A DNA stretch of 64,000 nucleotides from contig JAKMXF010000321.1 in assembly GCA_024704765.1 (NCBI GenBank), positions 496,001-560,000 of the forward strand. The letters are read 5' to 3'. The position numbers and the translations under genes are program-made. The stretch comes from Oopsacas minuta (Eukaryota > Animalia > Porifera). The notes beneath the pieces were generated by a model. The model did not search any database. It had not been told where the DNA came from and saw only the letters and a list, made by a program, of their open reading frames with translations. Below are positions 37,476 through 48,379 of the stretch, in pieces (the first letter of the stretch is position 1; each line of letters opens with the position of its first letter).

Positions 37476-40400
37476 ATGGCAGAAGCAAGTCAAGAAGCAA
37501 CTCAATATGATGTTGATACAACCAATCATGCTAGAGGATTGTGGTTACTCAAAGTACCTAAATATCTATCAGAACAGTGGGCGAATCTAGATAATGGAAC
37601 AGATATTGGTTCTATCGAATTCGTAAAGTAATTTATATTTGACAAAATCAATTTACCTAATTGCAGTCAACTCTTGTAATATCAAACACGGATATATCAA
37701 AATACCCGCTTATATTGGAGCAATTATCGCGGTCCCTTGAGCTTCGATAAATGAGAGTTGACTGAAATCAGATTTCAGTTCCCATAACAAATGTATAAAT
37801 GGTATGATTCAGGTTTTGCTTTGTTATATCTTTTAGGAAACCAAACTCCACAGTACAAAACGTAAGAAATACAATGATTATTCTATGTACACGTATATTG
37901 ATTCATTGTCCTGCGACTAGATTGTATTTAAAGTATCGAGTGATTCTGTTAATGAGAGTGCAGAAGTTCCTCTGACACATGTATTAAAACTATCTTCATC
38001 TGACCAGCTCTCTATGATGGTATTCTCACAAACTAAAGGTAGCTTCTCTATTCATTTACGTAACTATTTATTTTATTTTCAGTCTCTTAGATGAAGTTAA
38101 AATAGAAGGGAAGATTGCTCAAAAGGCTGATATACAGGTTGATGGGAATTATATTAAACAGTATATGCTGATGAAACGGTAAGTATATTACTTAAGGCAG
38201 CGGTTTTCAACCGTGGACCCCCTACTGTCGCCAGGAATTTGGGGAATCCAACATATTTAGTAATTCTAGTGATTTTGCACTTAAAACTTGAGAATTTTCA
38301 TGTATTATTTATCTAGGAAGAAATTCGAAGTAAAAGAAGCAGAGAAAAAGGCTAAATACGATCGTGCTCCAATATCAAATGTATCTAACAGACTTTCTCA
38401 TGCTACCATGAGACACAAAGAAATAGTAAGTAAAGCCTTTTATGTACTCATAGAAACGAACAATTTTAAACCAAGAATATGTATTACTTACGCTATTATC
38501 TCTACTATGCAGCAACTATATAATTTCTTCATACAAATGGCGTGTAATTTCGTTACGAATCAAATAGATAATCGATACACAAACAAGCTAATACTCGCCC
38601 CTATGGTTCGTATGGGTACTCTCCCTTTCCGCTTGTTATGTCTAGAATATGGATCTGATATTGTATTCACAGAAGAGATTGTAGATCATAAACTTATCAA
38701 ATGTAAGCGTATTATTAACCCAGTCCTGAATACTATTGATTTCGTAGACCATACAGGCTGTGTAGTTCTACGTACATGTGCAGTAGAACGTGATAAAGTA
38801 GTGTTACAGATTGGAACTTCTTGCAAGGAAAGAGCAGTTAAAATAGCTGAATTAGTTACTAATGATGTGTCAGGAATTGACGTAAACATGGGCTGTCCTA
38901 AAGATTTCTCAGTTAAAGGCGGTATGGGAATAGCTCTACTGAACAGACCTGACAGAATAACCGAAATTATGACTGCGCTTGTCAAAGCCTGTCAAATACC
39001 TGTCACATGTAAAATAAGAATTCTATCTACCCTAGACAAGACATTAGAGCTCCTAAAACTAATAGAGAGTACTGGAGTATCAGCTGTAAGCATACACGGA
39101 CGTACTTCATCTCAAAGACGTACTGAACCTAATCAAAACGATATTTTACGAGCTATTTGTAATGCTCATATAGTTAACATCCCTCTGATAGCTAATGGTA
39201 TGTCAACTGACGTCGCTTGTCATGAAGATATTAGCAAATTGAACCGTAGCATAGGCAGTAATTCCATAATGCTAGCAAGAGCTGCTCAACGTAATCCCTC
39301 CATATTCCGTAAATCCGGTATGTTATCCGGTTTTATAATGGCACAACGTTATCTTATGTATGCAATTGACTATGACAATACATATGGTAACACGCTATAC
39401 TGTATTTGTAACATAATGCATTCATTAATGGATAAAGATATTGGTAGTAAAATAACCAGCAGTAGAAGTATGCTCGAACTCAGCAATGCATTGCAATTAA
39501 CAGAATATTATGAGCAAGCTATTACTAAGAGGAAATCTATTTATAGCTCTCTTACTGGAGAAGACAGGAATAATCTTGAGGGATTGGGACTAATTTATGA
39601 TTCTGATAAAGTTCTGAGTATACCAGAAGTTAATGAGGAAGGAGTAATAGAACTACATGTAGTGTATAGGAAGAGGAAAGCTAAAGATGATAAATATACA
39701 CCTAAAGAACTGATTAACACATTCTCTAGGAAGAAGTACGCAATAGATCCTGTATACGTTACTACAGAGAGATCAGCTGATAGGAGATTCAAGTCAGTAG
39801 TTTGTGTAGGAGAGAGTAACTATTCTTCTAGCTGTTGGGAGAAAAATAAGAAGCTAGCTGAACAGGCTGCTGCTACTGTAGCAGTACAAGTATTGGAGAT
39901 TGATAATACTGATTGAGATATACTACGTTAATACTAGGAGTATATATATCTTAATGTTTGATATTGTTTGTAGGTTTAGCCGAATATATTTTGCACTAAA
40001 ACGAACTCTGTAGTTTGAATAGGATAATTTCCAACTACGTATTAGCAAAATACGTCTGATTGTAAATATATTTATATTTGTTATTACAGCACTGAAGGGA
40101 AGACAATAATTACTTCGATATGAGGGGGTATAACCGATGAAAGTATGTTACTTTGACGACTTGGGACCATATTTATACAATTTCAGACTTCGATGTAACC
40201 GAGTATTTCAATTTATTCGTGTTCGATATAACGGGAGTTAAGCGTATTATAAAATAAGCAAAGTTTGAGAACTTAATTTGTAAATTATATGGTACGATTT
40301 AAGTGAAGTGTTACATACTTTGAAGCATGCATTCTGATATAAAGAGAGTAAATTTACTTATTTCTACACTCTAGTCCAGACAGAAGAGAGAACGACAAGA

Positions 40401-40919
40401 AGACAAACATCTTCGTAGTGACAAGCAGATTGTATTAGATAGAATATTCGAAGCTTTCAGGAAGAATCAATATTATGGTACTAATGATCTAGTCAGTATT
40501 ACAAAACAACCACAAGTAAGTTCCCTCATCTCTACACTAACCGTATGCAGTCAATTTCCGTTATAGCGAATCTTAAGGGACCGCGATAATTTCTTCGATC
40601 TAAGCGGAATTCTATATAACCAATAAACTTCATGTTACTTTGACGGTTTGGGACCATATTTGTACAATTTAAGACTTTGATAAAAGCGGGTATTTCTATA
40701 TATCCGTGTTTGATATAATGGGATTGGCTGTATTAACGTATGTCTATTCTCCATCAGAACCATTTGAAAGATATCCTTAAGGGTGTATGCAAATACCGGA
40801 CCCATGCACCACACAAGAACACCTGGGAGCTAAAACCTGAATACAGAGAGGATGATAAAGAGAGCTGTACAATTGCTATAGATGATGATGACGATGATCT
40901 TGATAACTATGTCCTTTAA
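37476..40919 (+). CDS. GTF2F2: TFIIF beta subunit (RAP30); exons 37476-37627, 37837-37861, 37921-38038, 38091-38178, 38317-38425, 40375-40515, 40758-40919
   Basis: The exons total 795 nt (264 aa plus stop): GLWLLKVPKYLSEQW, IEGKIAQKAD, RSDKQIVLDRIFEAFRKNQYY..DLVSITKQPQNHLKDILK, HKNTWELKPEYR. Confidence 0.92.
37664..37764. mobile_element. MITE family A copy in GTF2F2 intron 1
   Basis: CAGTCAACTC...ATTATCGCGGTCCCTTGAGCTTCGATA...GAGTTGACTG. Confidence 0.85.
38537..39916 (+). CDS. DUS2: tRNA-dihydrouridine(20) synthase DUS2, intronless, nested in GTF2F2 intron 5
   Basis: YTNKLILAPMVRMGTLPFRLL, YGSDIVFTEEIVD, VVLQIGTS, GIDVNMGCPKDFS..GGMGIALL, TCKIRIL, IHGRT, IANG, MLARAA; C-terminal dsRBD (FKSVVCVG..YSSSCWEKNKKLAEQAAA). 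Confidence 0.95.
   Translation: MACNFVTNQIDNRYTNKLILAPMVRMGTLPFRLLCLEYGSDIVFTEEIVDHKLIKCKRIINPVLNTIDFVDHTGCVVLRTCAVERDKVVLQIGTSCKERAVKIAELVTNDVSGIDVNMGCPKDFSVKGGMGIALLNRPDRITEIMTALVKACQIPVTCKIRILSTLDKTLELLKLIESTGVSAVSIHGRTSSQRRTEPNQNDILRAICNAHIVNIPLIANGMSTDVACHEDISKLNRSIGSNSIMLARAAQRNPSIFRKSGMLSGFIMAQRYLMYAIDYDNTYGNTLYCICNIMHSLMDKDIGSKITSSRSMLELSNALQLTEYYEQAITKRKSIYSSLTGEDRNNLEGLGLIYDSDKVLSIPEVNEEGVIELHVVYRKRKAKDDKYTPKELINTFSRKKYAIDPVYVTTERSADRRFKSVVCVGESNYSSSCWEKNKKLAEQAAATVAVQVLEIDNTD
40085..40246. mobile_element. MITE family A copy in GTF2F2 intron 5, downstream of DUS2
   Basis: ATAATTACTTCGATAT...TTACTTTGACGACTTGGGACCATAT...CGTGTTCGATATAACGGGAGTT. Confidence 0.8.
40548..40732. mobile_element. 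MITE family A copy in GTF2F2 intron 6
   Basis: CAGTCAATTTCCGTTATA...AAGGGACCGCGATAATT...GGTTTGGGACCATATTTGTAC...GGCTGTA. Confidence 0.85.
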
Positions 40920-41190
40920 TTTCATATATATTTTTATTTCTGACTCATTTGGTAATTCAGTATTCTTTGATTGACAATTTTCTTAATAAGCAAGTTTTCT
41001 GGTCACAGTTTCAGCCTTGCTCTAATGATACTAAATGATGTTGTAAAACTGTCTTGTACAGGCCATTTATTTTCAAGGCTTTTGTCCAGATCCTCAGTTT
41101 AAGCCTTTAGAATAACTAGTGAGAAATTTGAGTCGGTTACATTTTCATATTCTTGATAACACAAATACTATAGCAGAATTGTAATTAGAC

Positions 41191-43973
41191 ATGTCAGACA
41201 CACCAAGGTTTAAACCAAAGCGTTCTATTCTAGTATTCCTATTCATTAGCCATTTCTTCTCAAGATGGGTGAGTTATCCTGTAAATTATATGTGATATTT
41301 ATAAATACAATTACTAAGTGTTGTTTTAGGGAGACCGTATGTGGAGTTTTGGCGTACCTCTGTTCCTTGTCGTGGTGTATTGCGATAGTCTTCTTCTCGC
41401 GGCTATTTATGGCTTAATGCTTACTCTAGCATTAACTATATTCGGGACGTGGGTTGGAGATTTTGTGGACGCTACTCCAAGAAGGAAATGTGAGTACGTA
41501 TGAATACATTTTTTCTTAGTTGTAAAAAGTACTCACTATTGGAGGAATTATCTAAGTCTATTAAAGCATTACTAATAGGCTAACACCACTGTATTTATAC
41601 AATTACTTCTCTCCCTATAGTCGTTGTGATAACACTCTTCCTGAATAATCTATTCATCACGCTCAACTCTGTTTGTCTTTTGATTATTTTAATTTTAAAC
41701 AATTCTAAAATTCCTCTTTACAGACCTATTCTCTATACACTGAGTGTGCTTCTTATAATATTTGGTGCTCTTGCCCGACTCACTTCTCTTGGGACGAATA
41801 TTTCTGTTGAGAAGGATTGGGTAGTTGTTATAGCTCATAAAGATTCCAGATCTCTAGCATGTAAGCTGACTTATACAGTGTAGTGTTGCTAGATGATGTA
41901 CGTACTTACAAAGTTCATCCCAAAGTTCATGCCATATTAAAGTTAAAAGTTAAAATTTATACCAAGATATGCCCATGGTCACTGCTATAACTCTGGAATT
42001 CGAGAACTTTATAATGACAAAATATTGATATTTTGTACAGCAATAGCCTTCGATTCCATGGAATAAATTTTGAAACGACATTAATACATTTATTCGGGCC
42101 AAATGTACCGTTTAATTTTTATCGCAACCAATAGAAGCACTGATTCCATCAATCAGCACCATTGCCTTAGTGTATAGAATGTTATGGTACATGCCATAAG
42201 TCAGATTTATTGCCAGAAGTATAAAGTTCATGTTTATGCCAAGTTCTTGCCACAAGTCAAAAGTCATTCCAAAGCCAAAATCTATGAGCTTTGTTCATAA
42301 TCTGGCAACACTGGCACAGTATAACTCGGATAAGACGTATCACTTCAGGACAATAGTACAAAAATAGTATATACTATCCGAGTGCACGTCTTACCCAAGT
42401 TCCACCGCACTGCATTGTTTAATAATACTTATTTCTATTTACTTATGAAGGTATCAACACGAATCTCAGACGTATTGACTTGATTTGCAAACTATTCGCT
42501 CCTGTATTCATCACTACTATAATGCACTTCAATCTATTAGCTGCTACGATTATCATGGCATTATGGAATATCATATCTTTCTTTGTGGAAACTTTGTTAA
42601 TCAACTTTGTGTATAACTTGGAACCGAATTTAGCTCATAAAGAGTACAGACACAAATATGAATCATCTGAAGATAACACTCAAATAGAGGATAGTAGTCT
42701 CAGTAATAATAATAATAATAATAGCAATAATAGCAATGAGGATATTCCTTTCTCAGGGTCAGATGATACAGCTGGTATTATAAATGAGGAGGTATGTGTT
42801 ATGTATTTATAGTAGTCACAGCTGATACTCGTGTTTATGTTACGTCAAAATTCTCTACTCAAGAAATTAATTATATATGTGTAATCGTATGGTGGAACCT
42901 TTAGGAACCTGATTTGTGTATACTTTTGCATTATTTGTCTTATCCTAAAATTGGCCATCTCAAGCTGTACAATAATCACAATATTTTATACAATATTTTC
43001 TCTCATAAAGGATCTTGTACAGAAATATCCAAAAGTTCGACTTAGAATGACCACAACAAAGACATTTAATAATACAAAACGATTTGCGAAAAGACTCAAA
43101 CGTAAGCTTTTGAGAATTCCCAAGAATTTCATAGTTGGTTGGAAGATATACTTACGTCAGAAGGTAAGATTGGTAGGATTATCAATGGCTTGTCTCTACT
43201 TAACAGTACTAGGATTCAGTGGAGTAACTGCTGGGTATTTCTACACTCAAGGCATGAAGGAGTTGTATTTAGGTATTGCACAGGGTATAGCTGGTGTAAT
43301 AGGGGTAGGAGCTACTATTGCATTCCCCTATATTAGACAATTAACTGGTAATGTCCGTGCTGGTGTTATTGGCATATCTTTACAGTTGTTTTCTCTCTGC
43401 TTTTGTGTTATTGGAGTTTTCGCACCAGGCAACCCGACATTTAGCTCACCTCCCCCGTCAGCTGCTTGTCAGAGCCCCATTGATGCACTTAACTTCACTA
43501 ATACATCATATTTATCAACATCCCTTACCATGGTAAATAACAACACTAATACGACTACAGAATGGTATCAGTATTCTTCTCTCGGTTTTATGGTTACTGG
43601 AGTAGTTACTGCTAGATTTGGTCTGTGGGTTTTTGACCTGTCTGTTATACAGATAGTCCAGGAGAATGTAATAGAAACTGAGCGTGGAGTTGTTAATGGT
43701 ATTATGAGCTCAATGAATTTCTTTAACGATATGTTGCATTTTCTGTTAGTAACCATTTTTCCTAATCCAAACCAATTCGGGTATCTAACTATCTTGTCTT
43801 TTCTATCGATAGCTACTGCTTGGGTGTTATTCTTTATATTTGTTATGTTACATGAGAGAGAGGCATTTTTCTCAAAAGATGAATGTTGTGGATATAGGAA
43901 ACAGAAATATGAGGTAGCTGTAGAACTATCCAGTAGCAATGAGGATATTAATGATAATTATGATGATCAGTAG
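41191..43973 (+). CDS. SLC40A1: Ferroportin (SLC40) family exporter; exons 41191-41268, 41330-41489, 41621-41860, 42451-42791, 43011-43973
   Basis: SHFFSRWGDRMW, GTWVGDFVD, NISVEKDWVVVIA, INTNLRRIDL..KLFAP, LYLTVLGF, ARFGLWVFDLSVIQIVQENV.E.ERGVVNG. Confidence 0.92.
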
Positions 43974-44529
43974 ATGTGTTACTCTATTATACTACTGATC
44001 GATTTGTATTTCCTTTGAATACTTGATTTTTATATCGAATCATTGATTTTCTGTCTAGTTAATAATCATGGTAAAGCACTACCTCACTATGTATACTTGT
44101 ATCCTGAAGCAAATCTGGAATTTTTATTATTTACAATATTTTTATAATGTCTAAAATGATAGACAAAAATGTTTTGGAAAAGATGTGGAATTTTTAGAAT
44201 TGGATTTGGATTTTTTAGTGCTGCCTAGTTCATTCTTGCCAACCTGAGTGAAGACAGAAGCTTAAAAGCGGTACAGAAGGTTTAGCAGGACATTAGCCTA
44301 AACAAATGAACGACGGGACGTCCCGCCAAAATCGAGATAGTTGGAAAGTCTCCTAGTTAATTGATGGTAATAATGACAATTATGCTAATACTGCATTAGT
44401 ATAACTATAATACGTAAAACCTGTGCACTTAACAAATTCATTGAGAGTGGCAATAATCCACTAACAAGATAAAACGATAAATAATACAAAACTTATACGT
44501 ATATCCGAATCTAGAGTTGTACATTAATT

Positions 44530-46086
44530 ATGCCAGAAGTAAATATCCAAACTGCACCTATCAAAACTAAAGACCATATACAACTACTCGCTACACCAGA
44601 ATATCTAGAATACCATCCATTACAGGCTACATCCTGCTGGGTAGACCTAAATCTAACTGCCCCTACATACGAAGGAAAGGATAATACAAGAGCTCCAGTA
44701 GATCTTGTAGCTGTGATTGATAGAAGCATCTCTATGAGTGGGGAAAAGATTGAATTAGTTAAGGATACACTTCAATTCGTTCTGACTCAATTGACAGCAA
44801 AAGATAGACTTTGTTTGATTGTATATGATGATTCAGTAAATTTAATTTTCGACTTAACAAATGTAACAGAAGACAATAAGAGCGATCTTTCATGTAAAAT
44901 TAATTCCGTGCATACTCGTGGTAGTACTAACTTATGTGGAGGTTTATTGAAGGGTATGCAAGTGATTTTATCACGAACTGATGATAAAGCTGACGTGGCA
45001 TCAGTTCTATTACTTACAGATGGTCTAGCAAATCAAGGCATATCAACTACTGGAGGTATACTCAAGGCAATGAAGGATCCTTTTCAACTTAAAAAGCGAA
45101 AGAGAAGAATGAGAAAGTTAAAAAAGCGGAAGAAAAGGATAATTATTCCCAGTATACAAGGCCAAGTCATAAAGAAGAAACGCAAGAAAAAGCGGAAGAA
45201 AAAGCGGAAGAAAAAGAGAAAAATTACTAATATAGATTTAACAGAGGAATTCACTGGAACCGTCTACACATTCGGATACGGTAGTGATCACAATGCTACT
45301 ATGCTTAAGGATATAAGTCAGGCAGCTAACGGGGTGTATTTCTTCATAGACACTAATGAGAAGATTCCTGAGTCATTTGCTGACTGTTTAGGAGGACTTC
45401 TGTCTACCGTTGGACAGAATATAAGTTTGAAAGTAGAGTTAAGTAACGGAGCTACTATTACAGAGTTTATTGCAAAGAAGACACCTACTTTCAATGCTAA
45501 CAAGACGAGTGCAGAGGTTGCATTAGGAGATCTCCAATCAGAAGAACAGAGAGATGTCCTGATGGAGCTTCAGCTGCCTGTATGCTCTGACCTAGGAGCA
45601 GATGGTGGTATACTGAACTACGCATCTATTACACTATCATACTTCAATGTTATGTCTTCTGTAATGGAGACTGTTAAATCTGATCTACCTGTTCCACGTA
45701 CAAATACTGGTAAACCTAAAACCAGTAATCCTCTCATTGACAAACAGAAGAACAGAATTCTAACTATGAAAGCACTAGAAGATGCAAAGAAGAAAGCCGA
45801 TGAAGGAAAGTACGAAGAAGGGAGAGATCTGTTATTAGTTTGCAAGAATAAAATAGCAAACTCAATCACCAGAGAGGAAGTGATGGTAAAAGGAATGATA
45901 GACGATATAGATGATATGTACGATGGTATGATAGATGCTGGCAAATACAAAAGCTATGGGAAGAGTCGTGTAATAAATGCATTGCAGTCACACATCCAAC
46001 AGAGATCAAACTTCCAAGCTGCTCCAGGGAAAATCATGAGTTATGAGACGAAATGTAAAGCAGGTATGAAGAAGAAGAAAAAATGA
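44530..46086 (+). CDS. VWA-domain protein (VWA plus C-terminal Vwaint-like region), tandem paralog 1, intronless
   Basis: APVDLVAVIDRSISM (MIDAS DxSxS), GSTNLCGGL, LLLTDGLAN, VYTFGYGSDH, FADCLGGLLS. Confidence 0.85.
   Translation: MPEVNIQTAPIKTKDHIQLLATPEYLEYHPLQATSCWVDLNLTAPTYEGKDNTRAPVDLVAVIDRSISMSGEKIELVKDTLQFVLTQLTAKDRLCLIVYDDSVNLIFDLTNVTEDNKSDLSCKINSVHTRGSTNLCGGLLKGMQVILSRTDDKADVASVLLLTDGLANQGISTTGGILKAMKDPFQLKKRKRRMRKLKKRKKRIIIPSIQGQVIKKKRKKKRKKKRKKKRKITNIDLTEEFTGTVYTFGYGSDHNATMLKDISQAANGVYFFIDTNEKIPESFADCLGGLLSTVGQNISLKVELSNGATITEFIAKKTPTFNANKTSAEVALGDLQSEEQRDVLMELQLPVCSDLGADGGILNYASITLSYFNVMSSVMETVKSDLPVPRTNTGKPKTSNPLIDKQKNRILTMKALEDAKKKADEGKYEEGRDLLLVCKNKIANSITREEVMVKGMIDDIDDMYDGMIDAGKYKSYGKSRVINALQSHIQQRSNFQAAPGKIMSYETKCKAGMKKKKK
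45247..45815 (+). repeat. About 569-bp block identical by eye to 47543-48111
   Basis: Same sequence from GAATTCACTGGAACC to GGAAAGTACGA at an offset of 2296 bp. Confidence 0.9.
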
Positions 46087-46244
46087 TAAACTACAATATA
46101 TATTTTCGTATTTTTCTATTTTATCCTCATTTGCAAAACTATTTGGAATATATCACTTATTAATTACTATGATGGATTTACACTTATACAGTAAGACTGG
46201 TTCTTAAATAGAAATTTCGAATTAGGTAACAATATTCCATACCA

Positions 46245-46389
46245 TACAGTGGAGTTGGCCTATTTGCAAGTCGTATTCAGCACGAATTTCCCTTGTTAAT
46301 ACGCAAACTTGCTATTAGAGAAATTATTTCCAATACCAAAACGGACTCTAAGTCCTAGAGAACCTTGCTATTAAGCGAACACCACTGTA
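46245..46389. mobile_element. MITE family B, complete, TA-flanked
   Basis: TA-CAGTGGAGTTGGCCTATTTGCAAG...CTTGCTATTAAGCGAACACCACTG-TA. Confidence 0.8.
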
Positions 46390-46861
46390 TGTTAATTACG
46401 TGACTATAGCTTATATCGAGGTGCTTCGACCTGAACACTGTTTCAAACGCATTTGGAGTTACAAATTGTAATAGATTTTGCATGAGCTACTCGTCAATTA
46501 ACACTATTGAATGCCAAATATTTGTAACCAAGGTAACCGAAATACACTATAGGAATTGAACTACCTTCCATGTGTTTACCATAATAAGATTGGTAATAGG
46601 CCAATCAAATATTGACACACAATTCCACACAATATATTGGTGTATATATATATATAGCCTCATTAGGTAACAACTTCTACCAAAACCCATTTGAAATACA
46701 AGTCTATAATTAATCAATTCTATATTTAAATGTGCCATATGACAAAGTTCATTTTCTCGCTGGCTATTATTAGTCTTGTATTCCAATGTAACATTATCTC
46801 TGCAGTATTTGGTTATATAAATAAGAATCTCAAAGATCCAATAGCCAAACATCCAATACCA

Positions 46862-48379
46862 ATGGCAGTAGTAGAGAAACCAATTGATGACAAAATTAAA
46901 CTCCTGGTTACTCCAGAGTATCTTGAGTATGACCCCGCTAAGGGAACCAACTGTTGGGTAGATATCAACCTAGCAGCCCCTGTATACGAAGAGGATGATA
47001 ACGTACGAGCACCGGTAGATATAGTAGCCGTGATAGATAGGAGCGGATCGATGGGTGGCGGCAAGCTTGAATTGGTTAAGAAAACGCTTCATTTCGTTGT
47101 AACCCAACTCACACCAAAGGATAGGCTATGTCTAATCGTGTATGACGATACTGTTGATTTGGTTTTCGATTTAACGAGTCTGACCCCGGAAAATAAGATC
47201 GATATTGAGGCGAAAATCGACGCAGTGCAAACTCGTGGTTCCACCAACTTGTGTGGCGGTCTGTTGAAAGGAATGCAAGTTATAATGTCACGTACTGGTG
47301 TCAAGGCTGACGTAGCTTCCGTCCTGCTGCTTACTGATGGTCTTGCGAATGTAGGTATTTCCAATACTGAAGGGATAATACAGGCAATGAAGGATCCATT
47401 CGCTCACGATATAGCTGGTAGTGCAAAACGTGAGGCCAAGAAGCCTCAATCTAGAGCTCGTAGTTTAATATCCTCTCTCAAGGGAGAGCCTAAGGAGGGT
47501 GCAACAGGGGGAATGGAACCAGCAGACCTGAAAGCCGCCAATGAATTCACTGGAACCGTCTACACATTCGGATACGGTAGTGATCACAATGCTACTATGC
47601 TTAAGGATATAAGTCAGGCAGCTAACGGGGTGTATTTCTTCATAGACACTAATGAGAAGATTCCTGAGTCATTTGCTGACTGTTTAGGAGGACTTCTGTC
47701 TACCGTTGGACAGAATATAAGTTTGAAAGTAGAGTTAAGTAACGGAGCTACTATTACAGAGTTTATTGCAAAGAAGACACCTACTTTCAATGCTAACAAG
47801 ACGAGTGCAGAGGTTGCATTAGGAGATCTCCAATCAGAAGAACAGAGAGATGTCCTGATGGAGCTTCAGCTGCCTGTATGCTCTGACCTAGGAGCAGATG
47901 GTGGTATACTGAACTACGCATCTATTACACTATCATACTTCAATGTTATGTCTTCTGTAATGGAGACTGTTAAATCTGATCTACCTGTTCCACGTACAAA
48001 TACTGGTAAACCTAAAACCAGTAATCCTCTCATTGACAAACAGAAGAACAGAATTCTAACTATGAAAGCACTAGAAGATGCAAAGAAGAAAGCCGATGAA
48101 GGAAAGTACGAGGAAGGGAGAGAACTTTTGATGGCTACTAAACAGCAAGTTGCCATTTCTGCCACCAGTGATGAAATTATGGTACAAGGAATGATGGATG
48201 ACATGGATGACATGTGGGATGGGATGGTAGACTCAGCTAAATATAACAGCTATGGAAAGAGTCGTGCTGTCAATGCTGTACAAGCTCACTGCGAACAGAG
48301 ATCTAACTTCCAGGCAGCTCCTGGCAAGATCATGAGCTATGAGACTAAATCTAAAGTCGCTATGAAGAAGAAGAAATAA
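46862..48379 (+). CDS. VWA-domain protein, tandem paralog 2, intronless; the ORF is open from 46730, and ATG 46862 matches the paralog start
   Basis: APVDIVAVIDRSGSM, GSTNLCGGL, LLLTDGLAN; colinear with 44530-46086. Confidence 0.88.
   Translation: MAVVEKPIDDKIKLLVTPEYLEYDPAKGTNCWVDINLAAPVYEEDDNVRAPVDIVAVIDRSGSMGGGKLELVKKTLHFVVTQLTPKDRLCLIVYDDTVDLVFDLTSLTPENKIDIEAKIDAVQTRGSTNLCGGLLKGMQVIMSRTGVKADVASVLLLTDGLANVGISNTEGIIQAMKDPFAHDIAGSAKREAKKPQSRARSLISSLKGEPKEGATGGMEPADLKAANEFTGTVYTFGYGSDHNATMLKDISQAANGVYFFIDTNEKIPESFADCLGGLLSTVGQNISLKVELSNGATITEFIAKKTPTFNANKTSAEVALGDLQSEEQRDVLMELQLPVCSDLGADGGILNYASITLSYFNVMSSVMETVKSDLPVPRTNTGKPKTSNPLIDKQKNRILTMKALEDAKKKADEGKYEEGRELLMATKQQVAISATSDEIMVQGMMDDMDDMWDGMVDSAKYNSYGKSRAVNAVQAHCEQRSNFQAAPGKIMSYETKSKVAMKKKK
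47543..48111 (+). repeat. Second copy of the 569-bp identical block
   Basis: See 45247-45815. Confidence 0.9.

Noticed and set aside
38288-38536. N-terminal 83 aa of the 542-aa ORF as part of DUS2
   Set aside because: It consists of GTF2F2 intron 4 sequence, GTF2F2 exon 5 and the start of intron 5; DUS2 homology begins after ATG 38537. The in-frame link is reported as a finding.
42706-42740. (AAT)n tract in ferroportin and (AT)n tracts near 46624 and 50490
   Set aside because: Ordinary microsatellites; the first encodes a poly-Asn stretch in the variable central loop
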